A stretch of DNA of 64,000 nucleotides. Origin: Guillardia theta CCMP2712 (Eukaryota; Protista; Cryptophyta). The position numbers and the translations under genes were made by a program. Positions 53,785-64,000 of this stretch are shown here, one piece after another. Position 1 is the first letter of the stretch. Every line of letters begins with the position of its first letter. The stretch covers positions 310,045-374,044 of the forward strand of contig NW_005434594.1 in assembly GCF_000315625.1 (NCBI RefSeq), written 5' to 3'. The notes under the pieces were generated by a model, which made no database searches, was not told where the DNA came from, and was given only the letters and a program-made list of their open reading frames with translations.

Positions 53785-55760
53785 ATGGTCCATGTCCTTG
53801 TTGCTCTCTTGCTCGTCGGGGCGACCTCCGGCGCCATGGTAAGCTCGGGAGCCATCGAGACTCTGAACGGGAGGATGGGAGCGAAGAGACACCAGGAGAT
53901 ATCTGTCTGTGGCATGCTGCTTCCTCCTCCGCTGGTCCTGCAGCTGAGAGGAGGAACAAGAGGTTCGTCGTCAGGTCGAGGATACGGTAGGGGAAGGAAG
54001 TCTAGCAGAGGTGATGAGAGCATATAGTCCTCCTCTTTCCCTCTCCCCGTCTCTTCATCTTCCTCCTCCTCCCTTTCTCTCCACCTTCCTCTGTTCCTCT
54101 TCCCCTCTCTTCACATCTCTTCTTCTTCCTCTCTTCTTCGCTTGTCCACATCCTTATCTTCTCCTTCTTTCGTCCTCTTCTTCTCGCTCTCTGACTTCTT
54201 TCACAAGGCGGGGTAGCTGAAGCCGTGTCCTCGGGGCAGGGCGGAGACCTAGATCTCACCTCCTATGACAGCAGGCAGCAAGCAAGTGTCTCAGAACTTC
54301 ACAGCACACCGTCGCAGAACACGAGGAGCAAGGGCCGTCGACCCCCTGATAGCCTAATGGAGGTCGACAACGAGCAAGGACAATGTGCTGTCAAGACTCC
54401 CGCACAACAGAGGTGAACACTCGATGTTGAACGTGATGCATGGACGCTGCGGGTGGCATGACACAAGTGATGCCAGAGCGCGGGCCACACGGTCGAGGAT
54501 CGTCACCTTTGAAGAGCGGTCACCCACCGTTCACAACAAGTCGAGCTACTTCCTCTACACTCCACTAGAGAAGCGCCTGCAGCAACTGTCCTCGACGTCG
54601 ACAGGACGGCGCGGTCTCGCCTTTCTCACGTTGAGGTCGTGCTGTCGGCTGACCTGTCACTTGGTTCAGGTTCCAACAGCATGCGATCCTCGTCCCGCAG
54701 CTCCCTCCCCCACGAGCAGAACCTTCGGTCTCAACTCATCCTTGCTCTGAAACTCGGCAGTTGACTGTGTCTGGGATGCAGGAGGAGTAGAAAGGGCCGT
54801 TCGAGGAGGAGCAGCGTCGAGAAGGCTGAGGATAGCCTCGCATCCGTAAATGATCTTTCCAGTGCTGACTGCCGCTGCTCATGGAGATCCTGTTGTTGTT
54901 GGCAGGCTCAAGATTCGATGGACCTTGACATTGAACTGTCGTCGAGCGTTGGAACTTTGTCGAGCATGGAGGCTGCGAAGCACTCGACCGAGTCGCCGCT
55001 TTCCTCCTCCTCCTCCACTTCAAGGTTGAAGGCAGCGCCACCGTCGCAGCGCTCGTCAAGGAGTGGGAGTGGGAGGAGGAGGAGAACTCCTTCGCGGTCT
55101 CTTGCCTCGCAGGAGAGCTCGATGTCAAGTAGGACAGGCTCGTCAAGGCAGTACAGGTCCAGAAGGACGTCGAGCTCGCATGCATCTGCATCGAAGCAGG
55201 AGAGCGAGGCGAATGTGTACGACGATGGCTGGCTGGTGCCGCACTACAACAAGTGGGAGGTTGAGACGCGAGCAGTGGCATTGCTAGTTCTTATGCTTGT
55301 TCAGGTCCCTTGCAAGTTTGTTGGATGTGACGGAGTCGAATGCAAACAATATGAGAAGAAGTGAGCTGGAGGGAGAGCAAATGGAAAAGCATCGGGAGGA
55401 AGTGGCGGGGGGGGGGGGGCTGGGAGGGGAGAGGGAAGGGGAAGAGGAGGATCGGGAAGAAGAGGAGAGGTAGGGGGCAGGAGGAGGAGAAGGAGTCAGT
55501 GGTGTTGGAGGTTGACGGGGAGAGGAGGGGAGAGATTCACGGGCTAACAAAAGAACATGCGCAGGGTCAAGACTCTGCGCAAGTGGAAGATTGGCGATCG
55601 AGTGATGACGATAGATGGAGCAGGGGAAGTGATCGATAAGGATCTTTCTATCAGACCTTTTCGTGTCCGTCTTGACACCCAGGAAGAAGCTTGGTATCGC
55701 CCAAATGAGGTGAAGCATGATGATGATGACGATGACGATAATGATGATGATGATGATGAT

Positions 55761-55816
<56 letters not shown>

Positions 55817-55848
55817 CGATGATAATGATGACGATGACGATGACGATA

Positions 55849-55891
<43 letters not shown>

Positions 55892-58245
55892 TGATGAGGA
55901 TGACGACGATGATAATGATGACGATTGAGATGACGACGATGATGATGATGATGATGATGACGATGATGATGATAATGATGACGATGGAATTGATGATGAT
56001 GAACATCAGATCAAGAGGGAACGGAAGCCCAAAGGTGAAAGTTTTCAGCTCTCTGCATCTCTGTTCGGCTTTGGAACAGACCTCCACAGCCAGGAGCAGG
56101 TCGATAAAACGTTCTCCGAGCTCTCCGACACCTCTGCCTCGGCCCCTCCGGAGGAGGAGGAGCCGGAGCCAACCGCTCGTTCCTTCCAAGACTACATCCG
56201 CCTGAAGCAGGAGGCGACTTTCCTTGATACCTTCGGCCCATACGCCGACAACTTTCGAGTCCCCTCCTACGTTCAGTTGCTAAGGGAACTCAACGACTCT
56301 GAAGTGCAGGGGAGGCTGTGGAGTGCTGACGTGGAGGTAGAGGGCGACAACGGCACAAGATGGTTCAGCTCGATCAGGATGGACGTGCTGCAGAACCTGA
56401 CGGCTTTCACCTCTGAGAACCTCACGTTGGAGGACCTGTTTGTCAGGGACGAAGACGAGGAGGAGGTGAAGGAGGTGGAGCGATGGCGGGAGATGGCGAG
56501 GGAAAAATCGTGCCCGACATGGACGGAGAAGTTATTGACAAGGATGGAGCCGGGGACAGATCAGCTGAGAACCAAGTCCTTGAAGGAGCTCCTGCAGCGA
56601 GCATACAACTTCACAGAGGAGGAAGCAAGGGTTGCCAAGAGGGCGTACCTGTCCATGGCGTCGTTGGGGAGGAAGCTGCGACTGTCCAACGTACGGCAGG
56701 CGGTGGAACAGGTGCTGAGTCGAGATTCAAAGTTCCCTGCAATGAAACCGATGGCGCGGCTGGTGAGGCAGATGTGCGAGCATATCCCGACGCTGGAGCT
56801 GTTTCCCTTCCTCAACATCGGGCATGAAGAGACGCTACTGCCCGAGGAGAAGATGTGGGAGGTCGACACGGAAGAAGAAGGGGAGGGAGGAGGAGAGGGA
56901 GGAGGAGAGGGAGGAGGAGGCGGCGTCAGAGATCTCCGCGAGGGCTCGGATGGGATGGAAGGAGGAGAAGGAGTGGGAGCAAGGTGTCTTGGAGGGGAGG
57001 GAGGAGAATCGGTAGGCAAAGGAGAGAACTCATCTGAAGGAGGAGGAGGAGGAGGAGGAGGAGGAGGAGGAGATTTCAGACCAAAACCATCCTACAATGG
57101 GACGTACACGAAGATCGGCAAGGTTTACGAAACCGACATCCTCCTGCGAGACTTCTGGGATGCAAACTCAACCAACAGCCCTTTCGAGGCTCCTGATCCC
57201 ATCCCGCTGGAGGTAACAAGAGGCACGAGGACGATGGGACCTGTTGACGCTTTGTGCAGGATTATGCCAGCGCTGTGTATGAGCTGCAAGATGCGATCGA
57301 CGAGGAGAAGAGGAGGAGGAGGAGGATGGCAGGCAGGGGAGAGGAGGAAGGTGGGGAGGACGAGGAGGAGAAAGGTCCGTTCATCTTCTACGACGACGAC
57401 GGCTCTCCATTGATGGGATGCGTTCACTGGAATGACGTGGCGGAGGGGAGATACGTATGGGGTTCTGATGAGGAGGAGGAGGAGGAAAACTGGAGGAAGA
57501 GAACGTCTGCAGATGCACTGGGTAACCCTGCTGCTGCTCCTCCTCCGCCATCTCCTCCTCCTCCTACGGAGACAGAAATGTCGCTAAGGAGCAGCTTCAA
57601 CTTCTCTGCGATGTTCGCCAGCTCTCTTTCACGGGGGAGCCAGGAGCAGGAGCAAGAGGGCGAGAGAAGCAAGAGGAGGGCAATGGTGATGGAGGTTGGA
57701 AGCAGTGGGAGAAGTGGGAGGGAGGTGGGAGGGGAGGAGGAGGTGAGGAGGAAGGGGCGTGAGAGGAAGGAGGAGGGAGGGGTTGTCTTCATCGGCGGAT
57801 ACGACGGGTTCAACTACCTTTCGAGCCTCGACAAGTTCTGTCCCAGCAGCCTCACTTGGGACATGAAGTGCGCGAGTCTGCAGGGATATGACGGGTTAGT
57901 GTGGAGGATGAGGACGAAGACAAGGAGGAGGAGGATGACGAGGAGGAGGAGGAGGAGGAGGAGGAGGAGGTGGTGGTGGTGGTGGTGGTGGTGGTGGTGG
58001 TGGTTGATGATGACGAGGAGGAGGACGAGGAGGACGAGGAGGACGAGGAGGACGAGGACGAGGACGAGGAGGAGGAGGAGGAGGAGGACTGACAGCTGAG
58101 ACAGGATGGTGGCGAGCAAGCGAGGGTACTTTGGCGCTGCGAGGGTGGGGGGAAAGTCTTCGCGGTGGGAGGATTCTATGCGCTCACATCGGGGGGCAGG
58201 TGAGAAACTGTGACCTGTGGGACGAGTATCCTACTACTGCTACTT

Positions 58246-58277
<32 letters not shown>

Positions 58278-58314
58278 AATGATGATGAAGATGAAGAAGA
58301 AGAAGAAGAAGAAG

Positions 58315-58346
<32 letters not shown>

Positions 58347-60085
58347 GATAATGATGATGATGACGATGATTATGGAGTTGATGGAGATGATGATGGAGAT
58401 GACAATGACAATGGAGATCACAATCGAGATGATGAAGGAGATTGTGACGAGAAAGAGCCCGAGGCTGATTGTTTCCTCATGGTTGACTTCAGGTGTGAGC
58501 TAGTAGAGAGCTACGACGTGGAGACCTGGCAGAGGAGGAAGGAGCCCAGCATGTTGCAGCCTCGAGCCTGGCATGCGGTGACTGAGCATGAGGGAAACAT
58601 CTTTGCGATAGGAGGCAACAACGGCCGTAGACATCTCAGGGATGTCGAGGTGAAACCTGCTCGTTCCCTCCCTGATCACTTTCCCATCCATTCTCCCTTC
58701 CCCTCCTCCTCTCCTCTCCTCTCCGCTCCTCTCCGCTCCTCTCCGCTCCTCTCCGCTCCTCTCCGCTCCTCTCCTCTCCTCTCCTCTCCGCTCCTCTCCT
58801 CTCCGCTCCTCTCCTCTCCTCTCGTCTTCTCTCGTCTTCTCTCCTCTCCTCTCCTCTCCTCTCCTCTCCCCTCGTCTCGTCTCGTCTCGTCTCGTCTCGT
58901 CTCCTTTTCTCTCCTCTCCTCTCCTCTCCTCTCCGCTCCTCTTCTCCCCATTGACACCTTTATGGCAGATTTTGGACTTGCGCGCAGACAGTGGGTGGAA
59001 ATCTTGTGCTAGGATGACATTTAAGCGCTTTACTCCTGCCGCCTGCTCTGCCGCCGGCTCCCTCTACGTCGCTGGAGGTAGAGCAAAAGTTGCCTGCTGT
59101 TCTCATGCTCCTCGTAGGCTACGGGGGTCAGGGCGATGTCTGCGATAGACGAATGCATTTCCTCGACTCCGTTGAGATCTACAGTGAGCTGAAAATCTCC
59201 TCGTCCTCGTCGTCCTCGTCCTCCTCGTCGTCCTCCTCCTCCTCTCTCTCTCTCTCGCTCTCTCNNNNNNNNNNNNNNNNNNNNNNNNNNNNNNNNNNNN
59301 NNNNNNNNNNNNNNNNNNNNNNNNNNNNNNNNNNNNNNNNNNNNNNNNNNNNNNNNNNNNNNNNNNNNNNNNNNNNNNNNNNNNNNNNNNNNNNNNNNNN
59401 NNNNNNNNNNNNNNNNNNNNNNNNNNNNNNNNNNNNNNNNNNNNNNNNNNNNNNNNNNNNNNNNNNNNNNNNNNNNNNNNNNNNNNNNNNNNNNNNNNNN
59501 NNNNNNNNNNNNNNNNNNNNNNNNNNNNNNNNNNNNNNNNNNNNNNNNNNNNNNNNNNNNNNNNNNNNNNNNNNNNNNNNNNNNNNNNNNNNNNNNNNNN
59601 NNNNNNNNNNNNNNNNNNNNNNNNNNNNNNNNNNNNNNNNNNNNNNNNNNNNNNNNNNNNNNNNNNNNNNNNNNNNNNNNNNNNNNNNNNNNNNNNNNNN
59701 NNNNNNNNNNNNNNNNNNNNNNNNNNNNNNNNNNNNNNNNNNNNNNNNNNNNNNNNNNNNNNNNNNNNNNNNNNNNNNNNNNNNNNNNNNNNNNNNNNNN
59801 NNNNNNNNNNNNNNNNNNNNNNNNNNNNNNNNNNNNNNNNNNNNCGCCTCCTCCTCCTCCTCCTCCTCCTCCTCCTCGTCCTCGTCCTCCTCCTCCTCGT
59901 CCTCGTCCTCGTCCTCCTCCTCCTCCTCCTCCCTCTTTCCTCCTCCTCCGCCTTTTTCTCGCCCTCGTCCTCGTCCTCCTGTCCCTCTCTCCCTCCCTCT
60001 CTCATCGCTTCTGCAGATTCAGTCAAAGACACCTGGAGGCCTGGGCCCTCCCTCCCTTTCCCATCGCTCGTTTGTCGCTAGTTGA
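53785..60085 (+). CDS. Large kelch-repeat protein with an N-terminal signal-like peptide (multi-exon; spans gaps; one frame break)
   Basis: Kelch blades VVFIGGYDGFNYLSSLDKF, KRGYFGAA..GKVFAVGG, PRAWHAV...IFAIGGNNG..HLRDVE and KRFTPAACSAAGSLYVAGG. N-terminus MVHVLVALLLVGATSG...VLQLRGG. The start, the end and whether this is a single gene are all uncertain. Confidence 0.65.
55718..56000. repeat. (GAT/GAC)n microsatellite, probably intronic
   Basis: Directly visible after a GTGAAG donor-like site. Confidence 0.9.
59265..59844. other. Assembly gap (N)
   Basis: Run of N. Confidence 1.
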
Positions 60086-60099
60086 GGCAAGAGGAAGAA

Positions 60100-60229
60100 N
60101 NNNNNNNNNNNNNNNNNNNNNNNNNNNNNNNNNNNNNNNNNNNNNNNNNNNNNNNNNNNNNNNNNNNNNNNNNNNNNNNNNNNNNNNNNNNNNNNNNNNN
60201 NNNNNNNNNNNNNNNNNNNNNNNNNNNNN
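60100..60229. other. Assembly gap (N)
   Basis: Run of N. Confidence 1.
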
Positions 60230-60281
60230 GTAACGATTTCCTGTAACCTTTGTTGCTCTTTAAACCTACAGGCATCCTTAA

Positions 60282-61156
60282 TCATGAGAAGTCGTCTTTC
60301 CAGAGTTGGAGGTTCCGTTTGCTCCCTCGATCGAGCGGACTCGATAGGAGCTCATATCCCCATGCAGCCTGTGAGAGGAGAGGAGAGGAGAGGAGAGGAG
60401 AGGAGAGGAGAGGAGAGGAGAGGAGAGGAGAGGAGAGGAGAGCGGATGCAATTAAAGTTTTGGGAAGAGGGAAAGGGAGAGAACGGCGGGACAAGGGACT
60501 AGAGGAGAGAAGGGGCAGGGAGGTGACGAGCGAAGAGGGGAGGAGAGGGGAGAAGAGATTCACCTCTTTGTTCTTGGCAGGAGGAGGAGCGTCCACAGGC
60601 TTCTTGGGGCCGTGGATATCGGGGAGAAGCGACAGGGAGGAGGAGGCAGAACACTTCACTGCTCTACCCTCCTGTGGCGGCAGAGAGGAGGAGGAGGAGG
60701 AGGAGAAGGAGCTCGATTCTTTCACCTGCTTTCGGAACTTCTCCACTGCCATCCTGGCAAACTTTCCTCCCAGGTATGGCGGCAGGATCTGATTAGCAAT
60801 CTCCTTCCTCCACGACGTTCTTGCCGCTTCCTCCCACGACATCTCCTCCTTCATTCTTCTCCTTTTCTCCTCCTCCTCCTCCTCCCGGTGAGTTGCCAGC
60901 GGCGTCGGCGCGTACGCCTGCAGCTGGAGCTGGTCCAACATCGTCATGAGCTGATCGGGAGCTCGAAGATCGTGGGGGAGGGACGAGGAGCGGCGGGAGG
61001 AGGAGGAGGAGGAGGACAGAGCTTGCTGCTGTTGTGAAAGGAGAAAAGAGAAACCCTCCACCACCCGCCAGAAAGTCGCCTTCCTCCCCACAGCGTCTGC
61101 CAGCATCTTCTGCAGCACCAGCATGTCTGTCAGTCGAAGTGACCCTCGGGTCCCTT

Positions 61157-61195
<39 letters not shown>

Positions 61196-63155
61196 GCCGC
61201 TCCCTTCCTCCCTCCTCGTCCTCGTCCTCTCCCTCTCCCTCCTTCCTCGCGCGTCGCTTCCCGTAGTTTCTGATCCTGCTGTGCGTACTGCTGCTGCTCC
61301 ATGTTGCGCTTGCTCGGAGGAACAGGAGGAACTCCCTCCCTCCTCCCTCTTCCACAGCCTTTCTCGCCGCCTCCCCCAACGCTCGATGGCGCTCCAAGAA
61401 ACTTGAGTCGACGAAGTCGACGGACCACGAGCGAAAGCAGGCAGAGAGCTTCCTTCTCCTCCTCTTCCTCCCCATGACCTCCTCCCCAGCTCGGAACCTC
61501 TTGCTCCTCCTGCTCCCCTCCTGCCACCACTGCAGCGTCCACCACAAGGCTGACAGCAGCATTCGCTTCAACACCCTGCTCTCTTTTGCCAGCTCCATCC
61601 TTTCTCCGATCTTCCTGTCCCTCACTTCATCCCTCATCCTCCGCAGGCTCTTCTTCAGCGTCCTCCTCCTCCTTCTCAGCTGCTGCTCCTCCATCACTTC
61701 CACGGCGCTCCTCCTCCTCTCCTCCTCCTCTCTCCACAGCAGCAGCATCTTCTGAGCAAGCCGAAGGCGGAAGCGAAGGCGGAAGGACGCAACAACTCTC
61801 CTCCTGTACCTCTCTGTGACAGCCAACTCGTAGAGCGCGCGGAATGATCTGATCACCCAGATGTTCACCCACACCCTGACCGCATCGTTGAGCAGATCTC
61901 GGTTCCACCTCCTCTGCTCCGCCCTCCAGCTCCACTCCAGCAGTGCTGCCCTCCTCTCCCGCTGCCGGAGCGCCAGCAGCACCTCCCCCTGAGCATCTTC
62001 ACCCTCACCAGGAGGGCTGCTGCTTCCTTCCAAGAGGACATGGCGGAGGTGAGGGAGCTGTTGGCCCATCGGAGCATGGCGAGTTTCCTCTTTTCCCCCC
62101 TCCTCCTCCATGCCATGAAGCACTGTCGCATGCTGCTTCCTAGCAGGCTGAGCACGACCGACGAGCAGCGCTCCTGCACCTTCTCCTGGAGCTCGTAGAA
62201 ACTTTCCATGGCCTCCATCCACCTCCTCCACGCCTCCCCCTCCACCACCCGCGCGCTCATTGTCCTTGCCTTCCGCTTCCCTGCCGCCCGTCGCCGCCAT
62301 GCGAGGAAGCAGTCGACCTTCCTATCGCTGAGGAGGGCGGAGAGGACGAGGCGAAACCTGCTCGACGCCTCCTCTTGCACCCTCCTGTTCATTTTCGCCT
62401 CCGCCACCAAAACTTTCCATTCAATCACCACCGCCTCTTCCTCGCTCCTCCTCCTGTGCCCCACGTAGGATCGGACGCGGATGTTGAGGACAGTCCGGCC
62501 CCGCCAGGAAGAGAAGGAGAGAAGGAGAAAGTCAGCGGAGAGCAGCAGCAGAAACTTCTTGCATTTCTCCCCGACCCTGCTGAAGGTCAGCACGACTTGC
62601 TCCCAGTGGTCCAGCCAGGAGGAGAGAGCAAAGTTGCTCCAGTGACGGTCGTGCAGGCTTCTGGCCTGTTTCTCCAGCCGCGTCCTCCTCCTCCACTCCT
62701 GCACTGCAAGCTCGACGACACGGAGGCCGAGCAGGAGGAGAAGTCGCCGGAGAGGTTCAGCAGCAGAGGAGGCGAGGTCTCGGCCCTCCATGACCGCCTC
62801 TTTCCACTGAAAGAGGAAGGAGAGGGATAGTTTTCCGCGGCTGAAACTGCTTGCTGTCTCCTGATCCTTCCGCTTGCGCTCCTGCTGGAGATGGTAGGAG
62901 ATGAAGGAGTTGAAGGAGAGGTAGAGCGGGCGGAGGAGGAAGGGAGCCAGTTTGCGCTTGAAGAGTTTGCATCGGGCAGCATGCAGGTGGAGGAGGAGAA
63001 AACTTTTGTAGAAGCAGGAGCGAGTGATGAAGAGGCTCATGCGATAGAGCTTGCGATGATTGTAGATCTGAGGGAGAGAGTGAGTGAGGAGAGAAGAGAA
63101 GGGAAGGGAAGGGAAGGGAAGGGAACATATATCGGGAAACAAAGAGCAAAACACA

Positions 63156-63204
<49 letters not shown>

Positions 63205-63244
63205 GTCATCGTCATCATCATCGTCATCATCATCATCATCATCG

Positions 63245-63316
<72 letters not shown>

Positions 63317-64000
63317 ACAACAACAACAACAGCAGCAGCAACAACAACAACAACAACAACACCATCATATTCAACTCAGTCATCTCACCTGCTTCATCAG
63401 CTCCATCACGCTCTCATCACGAAACAGTCTCAACCTCTCATCGTTTACTCTCTCTGTTGCAACTTGCAGAGTCCTGGCTGCCATAGACAAGGTGTTTCCT
63501 CTCTCCTCCTCTCCCCTCCTCCACTTGCTCTCTTCTCTTCTTGTTTCCTCCAGCCTCTCCTCCTTCCTCCTCATGTCTTCCTTCCAACATATCAACACTT
63601 CCTCCAAGTTTCTTCTCTCCTTCGTGACACGTTTCAGTTGGAACTCGATCTCTGTCTTCGCCTTGAAAAGTTCTTCACTCTCTTGACTCATCTTGCCAAA
63701 ATCCGCATCGTCGCTGAAATGCTCCATCACCCATTCATAACGCATCTCAATATTCTCCAGCTCCGTCCTCCTCCTCCTCTCCTCCTCCTCCAGCCGCTCC
63801 CCTTCCTCCTCCATCCTCTCAATCTCTTCCCTTCCCTTCCTCAGCTCCTCTAGCAGCTCCCACACTTCTCCTTCAACCTTGCGCTGCATCGCTCGTGCTT
63901 CTCTGTACTCCTCCTCCGCCACCTCGTGCTGCTTCCTCCAACCTCGCTCCTCCTCCTGCTCAACCTCGTCAATCCTCCTCCTCCTCCTCCTCCTCCTCCT
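60282..64000 (-). CDS. Sfi1-like (centrin-binding repeat) coiled-coil protein; 5' end outside the window; one frame break
   Basis: Periodic (F/L)xxW(K/R) motifs in a long basic helix (FLFQWK, VQEWRR, LSSWL, FSSWR, FLAWRR, FMAWRR, MSSWK, LLLWR, FRSW), preceded by a coiled-coil exon at 63380-63922. Confidence 0.6.
63156..63368. repeat. (CAT)n-(CAA/CAG)n intronic microsatellite
   Basis: Directly visible. Confidence 0.95.

Overview
Gene-dense eukaryotic nuclear DNA, most likely from a cryptophyte alga (Guillardia-like). This is inferred from bipartite signal+transit presequences on several genes, many ~45-60 nt GT-AG introns, microsatellite-swollen introns and a candidate ejectisome ribbon protein. 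About 20 protein genes can be read by hand: a bZIP factor, UTP23, an AGTRAP-like protein, RPB9, a GH5-like secreted protein, plastid bS21, an HXXXD acyltransferase, aftiphilin-like, tandem-CBM20, DNAJC21, an SR splicing factor, a C2H2 protein, a PX+ubiquitin-like protein, an EF-hand protein, heme oxygenase, a kelch protein, an Sfi1-like protein and a few orphans. No rRNA, tRNA, CRISPR or autonomous transposon was seen, and there are four N gaps. Main observations: (1) two inverted copies of a 61-codon gene with identical protein but unrelated flanks, resembling cryptophyte Tri/ejectisin (RebB-like) proteins; (2) a recurring non-coding architecture upstream of gene 5' ends, made of TACCC-rich tracts and GC-rich CCGG/GAGTC tracts, with a conserved 25-33 bp motif; (3) an internally deleted, inverted, near-identical copy of the GH5 gene lying head-to-head with it; (4) unusual domain or targeting combinations; (5) two -1 frame breaks in G-runs. 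Exon boundaries were assigned by eye and are approximate where stated.
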